Shown: positions 58,793 through 64,000 of the stretch, piece by piece
How the letters are laid out: each line of letters starts with the position of its first letter
Position numbering within the stretch: position 1 is the first letter of the stretch
Origin: an uncultured Zetaproteobacteria bacterium
GTDB taxonomy: Bacteria; Pseudomonadota; Zetaproteobacteria; Mariprofundales; Mariprofundaceae
Assembly: GCA_964601765.1 (NCBI GenBank)
Contig: CAZROR010000001.1
Coordinates: forward strand, 10,694 to 74,693
Length of the DNA: 64,000 bases
Direction: 5' to 3'
Position numbers and translations under genes: made by a program
The notes under the pieces: model-generated
The model's input: the letters and a program-made list of their open reading frames with translations, nothing else
The model's database searches: none
What the model was told of the DNA's origin: nothing

Positions 58793-59841
58793 ATGATATT
58801 AAGACCCGTCCAGCCGCTGCCCGGGGCCCGGAAGTTTGTCACCATGCCCTGCCAGATGCGGCCGGCCACGGCAATCAGGCGCGCACCATGCGTAAACAGG
58901 CGGACATCAAACCTGTATTCCACGTCATTCACCCGCACGGTACCCGGCGGCACATAACGCTGCATGACGGTTTGCGCGGGAGGCATCTGTTCAAAACGCC
59001 TGCGACTCATGGCACGGCCCGGCAATACCCCCTTGCCGCCATGCCGTGCCACCGGCTTGAATATCCAGGCCTTGCGCTCCTGCCATGCCTGAGCAGCATC
59101 TATATCGGCCAGCAACCGCGTTTCGGGCACGATCTCGCGCACGAAGTGGACATCGTCATCTGTGAGACACGACTCCAGCAGACCCGGCCGCCACCAGTCC
59201 ACCATGCGTGCCTTGTCTCCCAGCAGTGCATAGCTGCGCGGATTTGGTGTCAGTGCGATACGGCCCTCGAGGTAGGCTGCGCGAATGACCGCAAGTGCCG
59301 CGCTCTCCAGGTAGAAATCCGTATGCCTGTTATAGATGGCGTGCAGGTGCAAATCACCAACATACAACAGACCATCCTGCCCCACGCGGATATCCTCCGG
59401 ACAAACGATGCGCACCTGCCTGCCATGGCTTTCCAGCAGTGCTGCATAGGCGCACATTTCGGGATACATGTACTGGTGCTCGACATCCTCATCCATGATG
59501 GCAATGGTCCGCCATGCATCGGGAAACATGGTTAGCACCCGCGATTCTAGCGTGCCCGGCATCTGAGCACACGCAGGCTGCGGCAGCCATCCGCTGCCCT
59601 GCTGGTATAGGCCGCCGGCATTATTGTTGATTTCAATGAGGCGCGGGCCGTCCACTGTCAGGTGAAAATCATACCCCATCAGCACACTCGGCAGGCCGGG
59701 ATCGAAGCGTGCAGCCGTGGCAATACGCGGTTGCATGGCCTCGACATAGGCCGGCAGGCGCTTCAGCCGATGTATCAGCTGCGCAAAACGGTACATGGCC
59801 TCAAAATCCGAACGGGCAATATCTATCATGGGGACCTTCAT
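58789..59841 (-). CDS. Hypothetical protein, probably a circularly permuted ATP-grasp-like enzyme
   Basis: GYDFHLTVDGPRLIEINNNAGG lies near the N-terminus, where it normally sits C-terminally in ATP-grasp enzymes. It is followed by IFKPVARHGGKGV, QRYV and DVRLF...GR...TN. The assignment rests on motif order only. Confidence 0.45.
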   Translation of the reverse strand: MKVPMIDIARSDFEAMYRFAQLIHRLKRLPAYVEAMQPRIATAARFDPGLPSVLMGYDFHLTVDGPRLIEINNNAGGLYQQGSGWLPQPACAQMPGTLESRVLTMFPDAWRTIAIMDEDVEHQYMYPEMCAYAALLESHGRQVRIVCPEDIRVGQDGLLYVGDLHLHAIYNRHTDFYLESAALAVIRAAYLEGRIALTPNPRSYALLGDKARMVDWWRPGLLESCLTDDDVHFVREIVPETRLLADIDAAQAWQERKAWIFKPVARHGGKGVLPGRAMSRRRFEQMPPAQTVMQRYVPPGTVRVNDVEYRFDVRLFTHGARLIAVAGRIWQGMVTNFRAPGSGWTGLNII

Positions 59842-59974
59842 GCCGGAGAACGCTAACCCGGATTTTTTATGGCGGCCATGTGCTGTGAAGACGTGGCCGG
59901 GATTTTTTGAGGAAACAGGCTTTTCCCCACATGACGCTTTGCCTTCCGTGGCGGCAGGCTGCTACCATCGCGGC

Positions 59975-61051
59975 ATGCACACAGCCAGACCCCAGCTGCC
60001 CGCCCTCAGGGCGCGGGCCATTCAGGATATCATCAGCCAGTGGAAGCAACCTGCCTATCGCACCAGGCAGATCCTTGACTGGCGCAATCGCGGCGTACTC
60101 GATCCAGCCGCCATGCTCAATCTTCCCGCTCCCCTGCAGGAAAAGCTCGGACAGGCGATAGACTGCCAGCCGTTGACGCTCAGGCAGCGCCTGATCTCCA
60201 CAGACGGTACACGCAAGTATGTGTTTTCCCTTGCCTCCGGAAAACTGCTCGAGACCGTATTCATCCCGGAGGCCAGTCGCGGTACGGTCTGCGTATCTTC
60301 ACAGATCGGCTGTGTATTCGACTGCGCCTTCTGCCACACCGGTACGCAGGCCTTCGAGGCCAACCTCACGGCTGGTGAAATTTGCGCCCAGGTCCTGGCC
60401 ATCAAGCACGACCTGCGCGAGAATCCGGGCAGTGGCTACAGCGTGGTCACCCATGTGGTCTACATGGGTATGGGAGAACCGCTGGCCAACGAAAAGGCCG
60501 TGCATGAAAGCCTCGACATGCTGCTCGCGCGTGACGGCCTCGGCCTTTCTCGCCGGCGCATCACCGTTTCCACCTCGGGCATCATCCCGGCAATCGAACG
60601 CCTGGGGGCGGCCTTCGATGTCAACCTTGCCGTATCACTGCACGCTGCAAACAACCACCTGCGAGACAGGCTCGTGCCGATTAACAGCAAATACCCGCTG
60701 GATGCCCTGCGCCGTTGCTTGGATGCATATCCGCTGGGCGTGCAGCGCCATATTACGCTCGAATACGTTCTGCTTGATGATATCAATGATCGCGATGCGG
60801 ATATCCGGGCGCTGGTTGATTTCGTTCACCCGGCACGCGAGCGTATCAATCTCATCAGCTTCAATCCCTTTCCTGGCACCGAATTCCGGCCGACCCCAGC
60901 TGCCCGAGTAGATGCCTTTGCCACGGGCTTGATTCAGCGTGGCATCCGTGCCACCGTCCGCAAATCACGCGGGCAGGACATCATGGCAGCCTGCGGCCAG
61001 CTCAAGGCCACGATACAGACAGAACAGGAGAAAACATGCGAATCGGGGTGA
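59975..61051 (+). CDS. rlmN: 23S rRNA / tRNA adenine-C2 methyltransferase RlmN (radical SAM)
   Basis: Contains RTRQILDW, CVSSQIGCVFDCAFCHTG (CxxxCxxC) and GMGEPLAN. Met at 59975 gives about 358 aa. The ORF track starts at 59795. Confidence 0.93.
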   Translation: MHTARPQLPALRARAIQDIISQWKQPAYRTRQILDWRNRGVLDPAAMLNLPAPLQEKLGQAIDCQPLTLRQRLISTDGTRKYVFSLASGKLLETVFIPEASRGTVCVSSQIGCVFDCAFCHTGTQAFEANLTAGEICAQVLAIKHDLRENPGSGYSVVTHVVYMGMGEPLANEKAVHESLDMLLARDGLGLSRRRITVSTSGIIPAIERLGAAFDVNLAVSLHAANNHLRDRLVPINSKYPLDALRRCLDAYPLGVQRHITLEYVLLDDINDRDADIRALVDFVHPARERINLISFNPFPGTEFRPTPAARVDAFATGLIQRGIRATVRKSRGQDIMAACGQLKATIQTEQEKTCESG

Positions 61052-61896
61052 TCGGTGGTAGCGGCCTGTATGACATCGAAGGTGTCGATGTGCTCGACCG
61101 GCTGTGTATTGACACACCATTCGGTGCGCCATCGGATGAACTTGTACTGGCAAGCATGCACGGTCACGAGGCCGTTTTCCTGCCACGACACGGGCGCAGT
61201 CACCGCATCCCGCCACACCGCATCAACTACCGCGCCAATATCTATGCGATGAAGCTCATGGGCGTATCCCGGATTATCTCGATTTCTGCCGTCGGCTCCC
61301 TGCGTGAACACATTGCACCGGGACATTTTGTTCTTGTGGACCAGTTCGTTGACCGCACGCATTCGCGCGATGCAACATTTTTCGACGGACCTGTCGTGGC
61401 ACATGTATCCATGGCAGACCCTGTCTGTCGTTGCCTGTCAGCACGACTTGCATCTGCCTGCCGCAGCGCAGGCATCACCCTGCATGAAGGCGGCGCTTAT
61501 CTGGTCATGCAGGGCCCACAGTTTTCCTCCAGGGCTGAATCCAATCTGTACCGGAGCTGGGGCATGGATGTCATTGGCATGACCAATTTGCCCGAGGCAA
61601 AACTCGCCCGTGAGGCCGAAATATGCTATGCGACCGTGGCCATGAGCACGGACTACGACTGCTGGCATGAGGAAGAAGCGGATGTGAATGTGGCATCGCT
61701 GCTGGAGATCATGCGTACAAATGTAAAGCATGCCCAGGCCATGCTTCATCATTATTTTACCACACTCGATGACACCGGTGCGGACTGCCCCGCCGGCTGT
61801 ACGCGGGCGCTGGACCATGCAGTTCTCACCGACCTGAAAACGCAGGATAACCAGGCGCTCACCCCCATTCATGCGCTTGTGGAGCGCCTCCTGTGA
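61036..61896 (+). CDS. mtnP: S-methyl-5'-thioadenosine phosphorylase
   Basis: Contains MRIGVIGGSGLYD, LPRHG, IGMT and the PNP/MTAP family pattern. Confidence 0.9.
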   Translation: MRIGVIGGSGLYDIEGVDVLDRLCIDTPFGAPSDELVLASMHGHEAVFLPRHGRSHRIPPHRINYRANIYAMKLMGVSRIISISAVGSLREHIAPGHFVLVDQFVDRTHSRDATFFDGPVVAHVSMADPVCRCLSARLASACRSAGITLHEGGAYLVMQGPQFSSRAESNLYRSWGMDVIGMTNLPEAKLAREAEICYATVAMSTDYDCWHEEEADVNVASLLEIMRTNVKHAQAMLHHYFTTLDDTGADCPAGCTRALDHAVLTDLKTQDNQALTPIHALVERLL

Positions 61897-62651
61897 GGCT
61901 TGCCCCGCTGCTGCTGTGTCTGGCCATGCTGGCTGGCTGCCAGACGGCTGCCAAGCACGAAGAGGCTGACCGTCAGGCCAAAAGTGCCGAGTTGCACTTC
62001 CGGCTCGGCATCGATGCCCTGAGCAAAAACAATATGCCCAAGGCCTTTGCGGAGCTGCTGCATGCCGAAAAGCTGGCACCGGGTCGTGCCGATATCCTTG
62101 ATGCCCTGGGTATCGCATGGATCAAACGCGGCCAACCGGATAAGGCAGAGGCATACTACCGTCGTGCTATCCACATGAGTCCACCGCCTTCGACCTACAA
62201 CAATTACGGTGGCCTGCTGCTGACCATGGGAAAATACAAACAGGCAGAAGCCATGTTCCGCAGGGCCCTGGATGACCCTCGTTACCGACACCCGGACCTT
62301 GCCTACATCAACCTTGGCGATGCATTGCTCGCACAGAACCGGTTTGACGAGGCCATTGCAAGCTACAGACAGGCCAGGCAACTGAACCCGATCCAGCAGG
62401 TTTCACGTTTGAAAGAGGCCCAGGCATACGCGAAACATGGCAAGACCCGCTATGCCAAGGCTATGTATGAAGCCATCCTGCGTGAACACCCGACCAACCG
62501 TGCAGCCATGCAGGAGCTGCTGGCCCTGCTCAGGAAAAGTGGCGACCGCCACGAAGCGCGGGACAGGCTGATGGTATTCAGCAGGCATGCCACACGCCCG
62601 GAAGACATCGCCTGGGCACAGGATGAGATGGGAAAACTGGATCAGCAATGA
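61893..62651 (+). CDS. pilW: TPR lipoprotein, PilW/PilF-like
   Basis: Lipobox LAMLAGC and TPR repeats. The rlmN-(x)-pilW-rodZ synteny is typical of gamma- and betaproteobacteria. Confidence 0.62.
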   Translation: MRLAPLLLCLAMLAGCQTAAKHEEADRQAKSAELHFRLGIDALSKNNMPKAFAELLHAEKLAPGRADILDALGIAWIKRGQPDKAEAYYRRAIHMSPPPSTYNNYGGLLLTMGKYKQAEAMFRRALDDPRYRHPDLAYINLGDALLAQNRFDEAIASYRQARQLNPIQQVSRLKEAQAYAKHGKTRYAKAMYEAILREHPTNRAAMQELLALLRKSGDRHEARDRLMVFSRHATRPEDIAWAQDEMGKLDQQ

Positions 62652-63487
62652 GCATCCAGGGTGCAAACGAGGAGCACAGTAAGCAGGAGGAAGCGGCTGC
62701 CAAGGAGCGCGAAGAGGCCCGACACCGCGTTGCCAAACGCCTGACCGCGGCCAGGAAGAAAATGGGGCTCAGCGTTGAGGACGTGGCCGGGAGCCTGAAG
62801 CTGTTGCCCGAATACCTGCATGCCTTCGATTCCGGAGACTGGAACAATATGCCCGAAGAGGTGTACACGCTTGGCTTCCTGCGCCAGTACGCACGCTTCG
62901 TCGGCATCGATGTGAATGAAGATATTGAGCGCCTCAAGTCGGCCAGCTACCACCTGAGCAAGCCCGTTACGGTACCCGAGCCACCCACTTCTCCCACACG
63001 GAAATGGGCCATGATTTCCGCCGCATTATTCGTGGCGCTTTTTGCACTCTTCAATCTTCTGAATAACAGCGAGGAAGAAGTCCCTACACCACCGCCTGTG
63101 GTTGAACAGCCCATGGAGACGGGCGCGGAAAAGGCGGCCACAGTGCCAGCACCCCCTGCCCCCGCTACGGCCGAAAAGGCATCTGAAGAGACGCCCCAGG
63201 CTGAGCCGCAGGCAGCAGATATGCATCACTACACTTTCACAGCCAGCGGCAAGGCTGTCTGGCTCCAGGTATTTTCACCATCTCGCAAGCTTATTCGCGA
63301 GGCATTGCTGCAGGCGGACGAACACATGCGCATTGATGTGGCATTTCCCGAGCTGCGCCTGACCTGTGGCAACGCAGCCGCGCTGCAAATCAGCGTGGAT
63401 GGCACCATTGTACATCCGGCCGGTTCCCTTGGTGCGGATGGTAAGGTGTTGCGTGATTTCAGACTCATGGCGCTGCTCCCACAGTGA
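62648..63487 (+). CDS. rodZ: RodZ-like cytoskeleton protein (HTH + TM + DUF4115)
   Basis: [24 protein letters not shown], followed by [10 protein letters not shown] and [13 protein letters not shown], one TM segment, a Pro/Ala-rich linker and a C-terminal DUF4115-like beta domain. Confidence 0.75.
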   Translation: MSIQGANEEHSKQEEAAAKEREEARHRVAKRLTAARKKMGLSVEDVAGSLKLLPEYLHAFDSGDWNNMPEEVYTLGFLRQYARFVGIDVNEDIERLKSASYHLSKPVTVPEPPTSPTRKWAMISAALFVALFALFNLLNNSEEEVPTPPPVVEQPMETGAEKAATVPAPPAPATAEKASEETPQAEPQAADMHHYTFTASGKAVWLQVFSPSRKLIREALLQADEHMRIDVAFPELRLTCGNAAALQISVDGTIVHPAGSLGADGKVLRDFRLMALLPQ

Positions 63488-63948
63488 GCGGCACAAGCAG
63501 CCAGTGCACAGATATCCCATTCTGGCAGCAAAAAACACTGGATCAGATGACCCAGGGCGAATGGGAAGCGCTGTGTGACGGCTGCGGGCTGTGCTGCCTG
63601 CACAAATTTGAGGGTGCGGATACACATGCCATCTATTACACCGATGTCGCCTGCCGGCTGCTTGATATTGGACACTGTCGCTGTCTCGCCTATGAGACGC
63701 GCCGACAGCACGTACCCGACTGCCTTGAGCTGTATACCAGGCTGGCCAGCAGCTTTCATTGCCTGCCTGAAACATGCGCCTACCGGCAACTGGCCGAAGG
63801 CAGGCCTCTGGCTGACTGGCATCCACTGGTCTCCGGCAATCCCGAGAGTGTGCACATAGCGGGTATTTCCGTGCGGAACAGGGTGGTGTCCGAACGCGAT
63901 GTGCGGGAAGATGAGCTGGCTGATCACATCACTTTCAGTAATTCGTGA
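63484..63948 (+). CDS. ycgN: YcgN-family (UPF0260) cysteine-cluster protein
   Basis: Contains [29 protein letters not shown] and the family pattern that follows it. Confidence 0.8.
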   Translation: MSGTSSQCTDIPFWQQKTLDQMTQGEWEALCDGCGLCCLHKFEGADTHAIYYTDVACRLLDIGHCRCLAYETRRQHVPDCLELYTRLASSFHCLPETCAYRQLAEGRPLADWHPLVSGNPESVHIAGISVRNRVVSERDVREDELADHITFSNS

Positions 63949-64000
63949 CTGGTGAATCGCCATTGAGAGATTGGAAAAACACTCATTCCGGATTACAAGG

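Noticed and set aside
1-64000. I searched the whole window for CRISPR arrays, transposases, integrases, toxin-antitoxin pairs, restriction-modification genes and other defence genes.
   Set aside because: I saw no regularly spaced repeats, no IS-like terminal repeats flanking an ORF and no protein with recognisable motifs of these classes. Apart from 50.2-59.8 kb, the window is core chromosome.

Overview
This 64-kb chromosomal window comes from a moderately GC-rich proteobacterium. Gene order resembles gamma-, beta- or zetaproteobacteria, but I cannot name the organism from sequence alone. The window is densely packed and consists mostly of core housekeeping genes. Family names below come from recognisable sequence motifs and synteny, not from database searches.

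Main blocks:
- 1-12.7 kb (minus strand): a 15-gene collinear ribosome, isoprenoid and outer-membrane cluster: rpsB-tsf-pyrH-frr-uppS-cdsA-dxr-rseP-bamA-skp-lpxD-fabZ-lpxA-lpxI.
- 12.9-20.7 kb: M48 and M50 peptidases, ilvD, nadA, an OmpA-family protein, a LOG-family protein and an orphan HTH protein.
- 20.8-22.0 kb: a tRNA island with Arg-ACG, Ser-GCU and Ser-UGA, plus a DUF2155-like lipoprotein.
- 22.2-26.7 kb: glucan genes glgC, a GH57 enzyme and malQ.
- 26.7-36.2 kb: a TPR protein, a VKOR-DsbA fusion, serS-gyrA, tRNA-Arg-CCU, pcm-yqaA-nlpD-rpoS and tRNA-Pro-GGG.
- 36.3-50.2 kb: ihfA with a MerR regulator, a lolC/lolD pair split by a cNMP-binding protein, a CBS protein with an ArsB/NhaD permease, lysS, ndk, mnmA, tatD, a cbbY-like HAD gene and clpS-clpA.
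- 50.2-59.8 kb (minus strand): eight tightly packed genes. These are a permuted ATP-grasp-like protein, a GT2 glycosyltransferase, a DUF2064 protein, a GAF membrane protein, a HisKA_2 kinase, a receiver protein, a PAS/HD-GYP protein and a di-iron-MBL/GGDEF protein.
- 60.0-63.9 kb: rlmN-mtnP-pilW-rodZ-ycgN.

I found no transposase, integrase, prophage, CRISPR array or recognisable defence gene.

The least-explained items are:
- A duplicated tRNA-Ser 3' end that brackets a 168-bp multi-hairpin segment (21.49-21.70 kb).
- A 171-bp element bounded by inverted repeats that carries a 15-nt tRNA-Arg fragment (45.90-46.07 kb).
- The 9.6-kb signalling and glycosyltransferase operon.
- The cNMP-binding protein inserted in the lol operon.

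None of these is demonstrably a new system from sequence alone, and confidence in novelty is modest.
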